Origin: Bacteroidota bacterium
GTDB lineage: Bacteria; Bacteroidota; Bacteroidia; Bacteroidales; VadinHA17
Length of the DNA: 64,000 nt
Direction: 5' to 3'
Assembly: GCA_022561875.1 (NCBI GenBank)
Contig: JADFQJ010000010.1
Span: 3,235 to 67,234, forward strand
The translations under genes and the position numbers were made by a program. Below are positions 19,136 to 28,201 of the stretch, piece by piece. Within the stretch, counting starts at the first letter, position 1; every line of letters begins with the position of its first letter. Below the pieces are notes generated by a model. It searched no databases, was not told where the DNA came from, and saw only the letters and a list, made by a program, of their open reading frames with translations.

Positions 19136-22100
19136 ATGAATAATTTCAATATAATGTTACAAAAATACAGATCAGCTGCTCTATATCTTCTAATTGGAGT
19201 AATGCTTTTTGCCGGAGGACAATGGACGGAAAACTATCTTATCCGGGAAGGATATAATAATTTCAGGATCAAAAGGTTTGAAAAGGTCCTTAATAAGAAA
19301 GAAAGATATCTGGATAAAGTTCTTGACCAGGTTGCTAATGATAAGAATATGGGTGTGGAGATATTTAATAAGGAAGAAATGGTCAGGTTAAACCGAAAAA
19401 ACATAGCTATACTGGTATATCACGATGACAAATTAGTTTTCTGGTCAGACAATTCTTTCAGAATCCCGAAAAAAAGCGAAGAACTGGATCAACCGGTGGT
19501 TTTTCTTCAAAATGGCTGGTATTTTGTAAAATCTGTTAAAGCAGCCAACAAAACAGTGACTGGTTTGATATTGTTAAAGAATAAGTATAATTATGAAAAC
19601 CGGTTTTTAAGAAATAAATTCCCGGATGAATATCATTTGCCACTATGTTATATGATATCGAAAACCGATCCGGGTGGCGGATGGCCTGTACATGCTTTAA
19701 GTGGCAATACACTTATTTACTTGACCAAAGATAACGGAGATACTTGTTACGGACAGGCGATATACTATATCTCTTTAATTTATTTTTTGGCAATATTGGC
19801 CATATTACTGTTTTTAAGAAAGTTTCAGCAAAATTTTCAAGGTATTAAGGCAAAAAAATGGGGTCTTTTTATTCTGTTGTTGTTATTAGTAGGGGGATAT
19901 TTGCTGTTTGTAAAGGTACAATTCAAATCAATCTGTTTCTCTCTTGATCTGTTTTCCCCATATTACTATTCTCTTTCAGAATACATTCCTTCTCTTGGTG
20001 ACTTTTTCCTCCTGTCTCTTTTCATTTTTTTCTTTTCTTACAATTTTTCTAAAGATTTCCAGCTTTCACTAAAATTAACAAATAAAAAATTCACCACAAG
20101 GTTAATTACCTGCTGGGGATGGTTACTATTTGTATCTGTTGTTTTTGTTATCATATATTTACTTTTCAGGAATCTTATCATAAACTCAAGTGTCATCCTG
20201 GATCTGAACAGGGTGCAGGATTTAACTTTTAATAGTTTCATTGGATTTATTTCAATAGGATTACTGGTAATATCTTTTGTTTTACTTGTACAGAAAGTAA
20301 TTTATTCTGTTAAAGACATACTCTCTACCTATTGGTTAATAACCGGAGTATTGGTCTCTTTGGTTGTTTTTCTTGTTATTGCTTTTTTACCGGAATACAG
20401 GTTTGATTTAATGCCGGCCGGATTTTACCTGATTATAGGTTTGACAGGAATCCTCGCTTTGCACCTCGGATTTACACGTTTGAATTACCTGGTGATTGTG
20501 ATCTTTATTATGGCGGTTTTTTCAACTGTTTTATTAATTAGAACGAATCACAATGAAGAAATGGAAAACCGGAAAGTGTTTGCAGTAGATTTAGCAACTG
20601 AGAGAGATCTGGTAGCTGAATTATTCTTCGAAGAATTGAACATGGAAATACAAGATGATCAGCAAATTATTGAAATAATGACAAAGGGAGCATTTTTTCC
20701 CGAGGATGAGGATAAAATTTATATCCTCTTGAAGGATAAATATTTTAAGGGTTTCTGGGAAAAATATGATCTTTCTACTGTCATTTGCAGTGAAAATTCC
20801 GGCTTGATAGTCAATGATCAACTTAAAGATAATTGTTTCGAATTTTTCAATGAGTTGCTAAAAAATGATAGTTATCCTATAAGAGAAACAAATTTTATGT
20901 ATCTGGAATCAACTACCGGCAGAATACGATATTTTGGGACATTCTATTTTACCAGCGAACAAGACAGTAAGCAAAATGGACTGTTTGTTGAGTTAAATTC
21001 TAAGATCCGTTATGCCCAGCAAGGTTATCCGGAACTATTGTTAGATGAAAGTTCAGGTAGAGATATTAAAATAAAAAACTATTCTTCTGCTAAATATTAT
21101 AAGGGCAAGTTAATTAGTCAGAGTGGAGAATTTCAATATAGTCTGGCCTTTTCTGAGGATCCGGAGGGATATGAATTCGAATTCACATTCTTTGGTGGAT
21201 ATGAACATCTGGTTTATCGTATTGATCCACAGAATATTATAATTATTGGAAAGCCAAAGATAACGTTTGTCGATTATCTTACCACCTTTTCATACCTGTT
21301 TGTTTTCTTTTTTATTTTGCTCAACCTTACCAGGATGATAATACATTTACCTGGCATAACCGGTTCGCTGCATTTTGATTTTAAGAACAAGATACAATGG
21401 TCCTTGCTCCTGATCCTGATTATCTCACTATTGTCAATAGGTGGTGGTGCAATTTATTTAAGTATACGACAATATGAAAATGAACATTTTGACAACCTTA
21501 GTGAGAAAATGCAGTCAGTATATGTTGAACTGGAGCACAAATTGAGCTTTGAAAATTCCCTGGCTTCAGGGTGGAGTTCTGATCAGTATCCTGCTTTGAA
21601 CGATCTGTTAAGGAAATTTTCGAATGTATTTTATTCCGATATTAATTTATATGACCCTGAAGGAGATCTGCTGGCTACTTCGCGCCCGGAAATATTTAAT
21701 GAAGGTCTTATTGGTGAGAAAATGAATATGGAAGCCTATAACCGGTTAAAGGTAAACAAAATGGCTGAATTTGTTCATAACGAAGCAATTGGTGATCTTC
21801 GTTTTATGTCAGGTTATATACCTTTTACAAACTATGAGAATAAATTACTGGCTTATTTAAACCTGCCCTATTTTTCACGTGAAAACGTTCATACCGGTGA
21901 AATTTCAAACCTGGTGGTTGGGATTGTTAATTTTTCAGTGGTTCTTATCCTGCTTATAATGGGACTTGCAGTTTTTATCTCAACCAGGATAACCAACCCT
22001 CTTAGGATGATACAAAAGGAGTTCAGTAAAATTGAGCTGGGGAAGGAAACAAAACCTATTCATTACGAAAGTAATGATGAGATTGGCAGTCTTGTTAGAG

Positions 22101-22879
22101 AGTATAACCGTATGGTTAAAGAGCTGGCAAGAAGTGTTGAAATGTTGGCGAAATCCGAAAGAGAATCTGCATGGAGAGAAATGGCAAAACAAATTGCTCA
22201 TGAGATAAAAAATCCTTTGACACCTATGAAGTTAAGTATTCAGCAACTTCAACGTGCATGGGATGATAAAGCTCCCCGCTGGGATGAATACTTGAAAAAG
22301 TTTTCGGATAACCTGATTGAACAAATTGAACATTTATCATCCATTGCTTCGGAATTTTCCAATTTTGCAGAAATACCTAAAACAAAAAGGGAAGCGGTAA
22401 ATGTGGTAACTAAGATCATAAAATCAGTTGAATTATTTTCAAATGAGGAAAACATTGATTTTAAGATAGATTTAAACAGTAAGGATAAGGTGTTTATTTA
22501 TTTTGATAAGGAAAAAATGGTTCAGGTGTTCTCAAATCTGATCAACAATGCTATCCAGTCCATTCCAGATGAAAGAAGAGGTATGATCAAAATAAACCTT
22601 GATATTATTGATAAAAAAGTAATTGTTAAGATTGCTGATAACGGTTCCGGAATTCCTAAAAATATTGGAGATAAGCTTTTTGAACCCAATTTCACAACGA
22701 AAACCGGTGGAATGGGCTTGGGATTGGCGATCGTAAAAAACATTATGGAAGATGCAGGCGGCAGGGTCTGGTATGAAACGGAAGTTGGGAAAGGCAGTAC
22801 TTTCATAATTGAGATGCCTTTATTTGTACCTGGAGAAAATGCACCTGCTCCGGACCGGACTAAAAATATAAAAGCCTGA
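19136..22879 (+). CDS. Sensor histidine kinase with a very large polytopic N-terminal region
   Basis: 1247 aa. The H-box is AHEIKNPLTPMKLSIQQLQ, the N-box is NLINNAIQS, and the G-boxes are DNGSGIP and GGMGLGLAIVKNIME. Two clusters of hydrophobic helices lie upstream (about aa 210-470 and 700-930). Confidence 0.9.
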   Translation: MNNFNIMLQKYRSAALYLLIGVMLFAGGQWTENYLIREGYNNFRIKRFEKVLNKKERYLDKVLDQVANDKNMGVEIFNKEEMVRLNRKNIAILVYHDDKLVFWSDNSFRIPKKSEELDQPVVFLQNGWYFVKSVKAANKTVTGLILLKNKYNYENRFLRNKFPDEYHLPLCYMISKTDPGGGWPVHALSGNTLIYLTKDNGDTCYGQAIYYISLIYFLAILAILLFLRKFQQNFQGIKAKKWGLFILLLLLVGGYLLFVKVQFKSICFSLDLFSPYYYSLSEYIPSLGDFFLLSLFIFFFSYNFSKDFQLSLKLTNKKFTTRLITCWGWLLFVSVVFVIIYLLFRNLIINSSVILDLNRVQDLTFNSFIGFISIGLLVISFVLLVQKVIYSVKDILSTYWLITGVLVSLVVFLVIAFLPEYRFDLMPAGFYLIIGLTGILALHLGFTRLNYLVIVIFIMAVFSTVLLIRTNHNEEMENRKVFAVDLATERDLVAELFFEELNMEIQDDQQIIEIMTKGAFFPEDEDKIYILLKDKYFKGFWEKYDLSTVICSENSGLIVNDQLKDNCFEFFNELLKNDSYPIRETNFMYLESTTGRIRYFGTFYFTSEQDSKQNGLFVELNSKIRYAQQGYPELLLDESSGRDIKIKNYSSAKYYKGKLISQSGEFQYSLAFSEDPEGYEFEFTFFGGYEHLVYRIDPQNIIIIGKPKITFVDYLTTFSYLFVFFFILLNLTRMIIHLPGITGSLHFDFKNKIQWSLLLILIISLLSIGGGAIYLSIRQYENEHFDNLSEKMQSVYVELEHKLSFENSLASGWSSDQYPALNDLLRKFSNVFYSDINLYDPEGDLLATSRPEIFNEGLIGEKMNMEAYNRLKVNKMAEFVHNEAIGDLRFMSGYIPFTNYENKLLAYLNLPYFSRENVHTGEISNLVVGIVNFSVVLILLIMGLAVFISTRITNPLRMIQKEFSKIELGKETKPIHYESNDEIGSLVREYNRMVKELARSVEMLAKSERESAWREMAKQIAHEIKNPLTPMKLSIQQLQRAWDDKAPRWDEYLKKFSDNLIEQIEHLSSIASEFSNFAEIPKTKREAVNVVTKIIKSVELFSNEENIDFKIDLNSKDKVFIYFDKEKMVQVFSNLINNAIQSIPDERRGMIKINLDIIDKKVIVKIADNGSGIPKNIGDKLFEPNFTTKTGGMGLGLAIVKNIMEDAGGRVWYETEVGKGSTFIIEMPLFVPGENAPAPDRTKNIKA

Positions 22880-23101
22880 TACCTGATACTTATACCTTGA
22901 TACTAAAAAAGAACATATAAAACTCATTGTTCTTAATGAGAACGCTGCCGGGAATGACTGTTCTGCTGAACACGACCTTTTATATTAACCTTTTTCACGG
23001 TTTTATCGTATATAGATTGTTATACCATTATGTTATAGTTATTATAGTTAAGGTATATTCAAAACTTTTTTTATAAGAAAAGGAAATAAGTAAGATTTAT
23101 T

Positions 23102-23109
23102 TATATTTG
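23102..23109 (+). promoter_or_regulatory. -7 box (TATATTTG) for the T9SS cargo operon
   Basis: Fits TAnnTTTG and lies 37 nt upstream of ATG 23146. Confidence 0.45.
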
Positions 23110-23145
23110 TTACTGCATCATACATAGGTTTTTTTAGACTGTTAA

Positions 23146-26100
23146 ATGGTTAAGAATAAACTCAAACAAGCTGTAATTTTCTGCTGCATTTTCTCCTTTT
23201 CGTTCCTGTTTTCCATTAACGGAAAAGCACAAACCTCCATTTCCGGTATAATTAACAGCTATATTGATGTTACAACCCTGATTGATGCTGATGAGCTTAC
23301 AGTTAGTGATGCTTCAGCCTTCAGTGCCGGTGATACAATTTTACTGATACAGATGAAAGGTGTTGCGATTCAAGTTGTTAGTAATTTTGGATCAAGACAA
23401 AACATCTATTCGGCAGGTAAATATGAAATAATAATAATTTCTTCTGTAAGCGGGAACGATATCACTTTTGCCAGTGATATGACTAATTCATATGATGCGG
23501 ATGGTCATATGCAGATGATCAGAGTTCCCGGGTATGATAATGCCATGGTTACCGGCAATGTTACCTGTCCTGCCTGGGATACAGCTGCAGGTACAGGGGG
23601 AGTAGTAGTGATGATCGTAGGGAACAAGCTGACACTGGAAGCAGATATAGATGTAACCGGTAAAGGATTTTCAGGAGCTCAACCTTATACCACCTCAGAT
23701 GTTTTATGTACAACGAATACAGACTTCTTTTTTCCGGCCGGTTCGGACAGTGCCGGTTTTAAAGGCGAAGGTGCAGCAAGTTATGCCGTGGATAATACCA
23801 ATCCGCTGAATGGGGATTATGCCAAGGGAAGAGGCGCTTATTTCAATGGTGGTGGAGGTGGTAACGGTAAATATTCCGGCGGCGGGGGAGGAGCTAATGG
23901 AGGTACCGGTGGTTTAGGTGGAAAACAACTGGAAACTTGTGCAATTGTATTAGGGATTGGTGGTAAGGGTGGAAAATCTATTCCTAATGAAATAGGAGAT
24001 TTTGATACCAGAAATATTATCTTTATGGGAGGTGCTGGAGGTGCTTCTACCCAGCTTGCCAATGGAGATGGAACTGCCGGTGGTAACGGTGGTGGTATTA
24101 TTATTATTTTGGCAGATACTATTATTGGAAACGGACATTATATTAAAGCAAACGGTCAGACAGTTGTTGATACTACAAATGGCACAGGAGGCGCAGGAGG
24201 AGGAGGAGCCGGAGGAACAATATTGCTTGATGTAAAGAGTTATAAAGGATTGACACTTAATGTTCATGCTTCAGGCGGTGGTGGCGGTCGAACAGGAGCT
24301 GCCTCAGATAGTTGTACCGGCCCCGGCGGTGGCGGTGGCGGTGGAATAGTCTGGTATTCACAGGTTGTATTACCGACGGAAATTAATTTGGAGTTCAAGA
24401 AAGGTTTAGCTGGAAGCGGAAGCGGAAATTGTTCTCTCTTTGGTCAGTCAGACGGAAATCCCGGTACTACTGTTGCTGATTTGAAAATACCTCTTACCGG
24501 ATTTCTGTTTAATTCAATATTTTCAATCAGGTCAGAGGCTCTGAAAGACACCCTTTGTGAGGGAGATATTCTTCCTAAACTTCTGGGAACTGATCCACGT
24601 GGCGGGATACCACCATATGAATACCGATGGGAAAGCAGTACCGACAACCTGACCTGGAATATTGACCGGGACTTTGGGGTTGGCGGAAAAGATTATAATC
24701 CTCTCTCGGTAATGATTGATACTACCTATTACCGGCGTACAGTGAAAGATAATTCAGCACCTCCGATTGTTGATATCAGCAAAACAATTACGATAATAGT
24801 CCAACCCAAAATTGAACAGAACTCCCTGAACTTTGACACAATTATCTGCCTGAACCAGATACCAAATACAATTATTCCTGAGTTCTCTTCACCAATTGGC
24901 GGCGATGGCATATATTCATATTTATGGGAACAGAGTACTGACGGAACAAATTTTATTGATGCCCCAAATGTGAATAATACGGAGACATATCAACCCCCCG
25001 TCCTTTCAACAGCTCAAATCTATTATTACCGGCGAACTGTTTATTCAGGAAAATGTTCACATACAAGTGATACTGTAACAATAACTGTTTTATCCTCGAT
25101 ATCAAATAATGCTATTACTGCCGATCAAACAATTTGCGAGGGGAATGTTTTTCTTCCACTCGATGGTGCTGCTCCGGCAGACGGAGATGGAATATATACT
25201 TACCAGTGGATCGAGAGCGCCGATGGAAATACCTGGAGCAATGCATACAGCCCCGGGACGGATAAAGATTATTCACCGGATACTACTTCCGCTAAATTTC
25301 CGGGTACTCTCTTTTTTGAACGTGTTGTATATTCCGGTTTTAATGATTGTTGTGTAGATACAAGTAACCAGGTTACATTGATTGACTGGCCCAAAGTTGA
25401 AAATAACTTTATCATTACTGATCAGGTGATATGTGAAGATGACGATCCGGTAGCTGTTTCAGGTCTGACCCCGGCAGGTGGTAATGGTGCCTATACTTAC
25501 CAGTGGCAGGAAAGGATTGGCGCTGCCGTATGGAGCAACATTGGTACGGATGCTCGCGATTATGATCCGGCAGCTCTGACCGATACGACATTTTACCGGA
25601 GAGTGGTTGATTCTGATGTATGTACCGATACCAGTAATATTGATACAATTCCTGTTCACCCATACATAATAAACAATATTATTCAAACTTTGGGAGATCG
25701 GATGGACACTACTATTTGCGAGGGAGCATTGCCAAATTCTCTCACGGGTGCGCTGCCGGGCGGTGGTATAGGTACTTATTCTTATCTTTGGAACGAGAGT
25801 ACAGATGGTTCTTCGTGGTCGGCAGCAGGTGGCACTAATAATAATTCAGATTATGCTCCGGCGAACCTGGCCGGTACTACATTTTATAAGCGGGAAGTAT
25901 CATCCGGAGTTTGTTCCGATTTAAGTGCGGTACTTGACATCAATGTCTTACCTGCCCTGGGAAATAATTCCATATCAGCCGGTCAAACTATCTGTTACAA
26001 CACAATACCCGCCCGTATTGACGGGGTTTTGCCAACAGGAGGAAATGGTACCTATACTTATCAGTGGGAAGAAAGTACGGATAATATAGCCTGGAACCCG

Positions 26101-27279
26101 GCATCCGGCACGAATGACGGATTAAATTACCAGCCCGGAGCGCTTACATCACAGAAGTTCTACCGGCGGGTGATTTTTTCCGGTGCTGTTGATTGTTGCA
26201 GTGACACATCCAATGTGGTTTCAGTAAGCATTGATCCCCTGCCGACAGGAATACTTACAAACCTTACTGATACAATCTGCAAAGGCTCTAATGTTGTTCT
26301 TATAGTTGATCTGACAGGAGCATCACCGTGGGATCTGACTTATTCTGACGGAACTACGAATTTCAATGAAAATGGAATCTCAACCGCATCACATAGCTTT
26401 AATGTTAGTCCACTGTCCAGCTCTGATTTTACATTGGTCTTACTCACGGATGCTAACGGATGTTCTGATACAAGCCTGACCGGAACCGCTGATATTACGG
26501 TATATGAAATACCTGTCGCTAATGCCGGTGCGGATGATGAAACTTGCGAATTAGTTTATATACTTGATGCTAACCCGTCTGTTGGCTCAGGATTGTGGAC
26601 TTATGCGGGAGTTCCGGTGTTGAGCGCCACCGGTAATACAGATGCTCAGAATCAGGTTACTTTGTCAGATTACGGCAAATATACTTTTACCTGGACTGAA
26701 AGTAACTGGAATTGCATTGATTCCGATGATGTTGAAGTGACATTCTGGGAATCATCTACCCCTGCCGAGGCAGGAGAAGATCAATTGTTAAGCTCTTATG
26801 CTAAAGAAACCCTTCTTGAGGGGAATGTACCCCTGGCAGGTACGGGAGAATGGACTAAATTGCCAGGTGAAAGTGAAAGTATTATTGAAGATCCATCCGA
26901 TCCAAATACCCGTGTAAGTAATATGATTACAGGAGAATATGAGTTTGTCTGGACAATAATCAATGGGGTTTGCCCTGAAGAGAGTGATGTAGTTAAGATT
27001 ACTGTAAATAGGCTTTTTATTCCCTCAGGGTTTTCTCCTAATGGGGATGAAATAAATGATTTTTTTGAGATAAGGGGAATAAAAGATGTTCCCAACTTGT
27101 TAATTATACTCAACAGTGGTGGTAACGAGGTGTACAGGCAAAAGAATTACCAGAATGATTGGGATGGGACCTACAAATCAGGAGAGGATTTACCTGAAGA
27201 TACATATTATTATATTTTCTATATTTACGATCCTGATAATCCAAGAGAGGAAAGCGGGTTTGTTGTTATTAAAAGATAA
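23146..27279 (+). CDS. Large cell-surface protein with a T9SS type-B (gliding-motility-associated) C-terminal sorting domain
   Basis: 1377 aa with a signal peptide. It has Gly-rich blocks (GGGGGNGKYSGGGGGANGGTGGLGGK and others) and six 92-99-aa repeats. The C-terminus, FIPSGFSPNGDEINDFFEIRG...NDWDGTYKSGEDLPEDTYYYIFYI...GFVVIKR, matches the TIGR04131-type CTD. Confidence 0.88.
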   Translation: MVKNKLKQAVIFCCIFSFSFLFSINGKAQTSISGIINSYIDVTTLIDADELTVSDASAFSAGDTILLIQMKGVAIQVVSNFGSRQNIYSAGKYEIIIISSVSGNDITFASDMTNSYDADGHMQMIRVPGYDNAMVTGNVTCPAWDTAAGTGGVVVMIVGNKLTLEADIDVTGKGFSGAQPYTTSDVLCTTNTDFFFPAGSDSAGFKGEGAASYAVDNTNPLNGDYAKGRGAYFNGGGGGNGKYSGGGGGANGGTGGLGGKQLETCAIVLGIGGKGGKSIPNEIGDFDTRNIIFMGGAGGASTQLANGDGTAGGNGGGIIIILADTIIGNGHYIKANGQTVVDTTNGTGGAGGGGAGGTILLDVKSYKGLTLNVHASGGGGGRTGAASDSCTGPGGGGGGGIVWYSQVVLPTEINLEFKKGLAGSGSGNCSLFGQSDGNPGTTVADLKIPLTGFLFNSIFSIRSEALKDTLCEGDILPKLLGTDPRGGIPPYEYRWESSTDNLTWNIDRDFGVGGKDYNPLSVMIDTTYYRRTVKDNSAPPIVDISKTITIIVQPKIEQNSLNFDTIICLNQIPNTIIPEFSSPIGGDGIYSYLWEQSTDGTNFIDAPNVNNTETYQPPVLSTAQIYYYRRTVYSGKCSHTSDTVTITVLSSISNNAITADQTICEGNVFLPLDGAAPADGDGIYTYQWIESADGNTWSNAYSPGTDKDYSPDTTSAKFPGTLFFERVVYSGFNDCCVDTSNQVTLIDWPKVENNFIITDQVICEDDDPVAVSGLTPAGGNGAYTYQWQERIGAAVWSNIGTDARDYDPAALTDTTFYRRVVDSDVCTDTSNIDTIPVHPYIINNIIQTLGDRMDTTICEGALPNSLTGALPGGGIGTYSYLWNESTDGSSWSAAGGTNNNSDYAPANLAGTTFYKREVSSGVCSDLSAVLDINVLPALGNNSISAGQTICYNTIPARIDGVLPTGGNGTYTYQWEESTDNIAWNPASGTNDGLNYQPGALTSQKFYRRVIFSGAVDCCSDTSNVVSVSIDPLPTGILTNLTDTICKGSNVVLIVDLTGASPWDLTYSDGTTNFNENGISTASHSFNVSPLSSSDFTLVLLTDANGCSDTSLTGTADITVYEIPVANAGADDETCELVYILDANPSVGSGLWTYAGVPVLSATGNTDAQNQVTLSDYGKYTFTWTESNWNCIDSDDVEVTFWESSTPAEAGEDQLLSSYAKETLLEGNVPLAGTGEWTKLPGESESIIEDPSDPNTRVSNMITGEYEFVWTIINGVCPEESDVVKITVNRLFIPSGFSPNGDEINDFFEIRGIKDVPNLLIILNSGGNEVYRQKNYQNDWDGTYKSGEDLPEDTYYYIFYIYDPDNPREESGFVVIKR

Positions 27280-28197
27280 ATGAAATATCTGGCAGCTATA
27301 TTGTTTTTCTTATTAACTTCTGTGAGTTCTTTCTCACAGTTCTATCCCATTTACTCGCAATACATGATGAACGGAATGGTGTTGAATCCAGGTTATACAG
27401 GCAGCCGGGGAACTTTTGCCCTTTCTTCATCTTACCGGAAGCAATGGGTAGGTATAGAAGGAGCCCCTGAAATAACCACCTTCAGTGCACATGCACCTTT
27501 GAAAAATGACAAGGTTGCACTTGGTTTGCTGGTTTTTAACGAAAGCATTGGCGTAAAAAATACAATAGGTGTTTTTGCTAACTATGCCTATCATATTCAT
27601 GCCGGGACCGGTCGGTTATCATTCGGGTTAAAAGGAGGAGTACATATTATAAATGCAGATTTCAGTAGTATCCGGACAGTGGAAGAAGACCCTGTTTTTA
27701 CCAGCGGCTTATCAAGCTATACTTTACCTAATTTTGGGGTCGGTTTTTATTATTATACTGACAAGGCGTTTTTCGGAGCATCAGTACCACGATTGCTAAG
27801 TTACAGAGAAAGAAGTTCAAGGAACAGCTATGAGATTTACCACGACATAAAACAATATAATTTCCTCATTACCACAGGTGTGATGATACAGTTTAGCAAG
27901 GAATTCATGTTTAAACCTTCGTTCCTGATAAAGTATAGCCAGGTATCCCCATTACAGGTTGATCTGAACGGGAATTTTATTATTAAGGATTTCCTGTGGC
28001 TGGGTGGATCATGGAGGATTGATGATAACACACTTGTTGTTATCATTGAGGTACAGGTTAATAACCAGTTTAAGATAGGTTATTCGTATGATTATAATAC
28101 AGGATATCTGAATACATTTAACAATGGAACACATGAAATTGTTGTAAGATATGAATTTGGATATAAAGTGAATGCTAACAATCCGAGGTACTTTTAG
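27280..28197 (+). CDS. PorP/SprF-family type IX secretion system membrane protein
   Basis: 305 aa. The ATG directly abuts the upstream TAA. A signal peptide is followed by QFYPIYSQYMMNGMVLNPGYTG, the family-typical opening. It shows a beta-barrel strand pattern. Confidence 0.85.
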   Translation: MKYLAAILFFLLTSVSSFSQFYPIYSQYMMNGMVLNPGYTGSRGTFALSSSYRKQWVGIEGAPEITTFSAHAPLKNDKVALGLLVFNESIGVKNTIGVFANYAYHIHAGTGRLSFGLKGGVHIINADFSSIRTVEEDPVFTSGLSSYTLPNFGVGFYYYTDKAFFGASVPRLLSYRERSSRNSYEIYHDIKQYNFLITTGVMIQFSKEFMFKPSFLIKYSQVSPLQVDLNGNFIIKDFLWLGGSWRIDDNTLVVIIEVQVNNQFKIGYSYDYNTGYLNTFNNGTHEIVVRYEFGYKVNANNPRYF

Positions 28198-28201
28198 GGA
28201 G

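Noticed and set aside
23838-24267. Pro-rich and Ser/Cys-rich antisense or off-frame ORFs inside the adhesin gene
   Set aside because: They are mirror images of the GGN-rich glycine blocks of the 1377-aa sense ORF.
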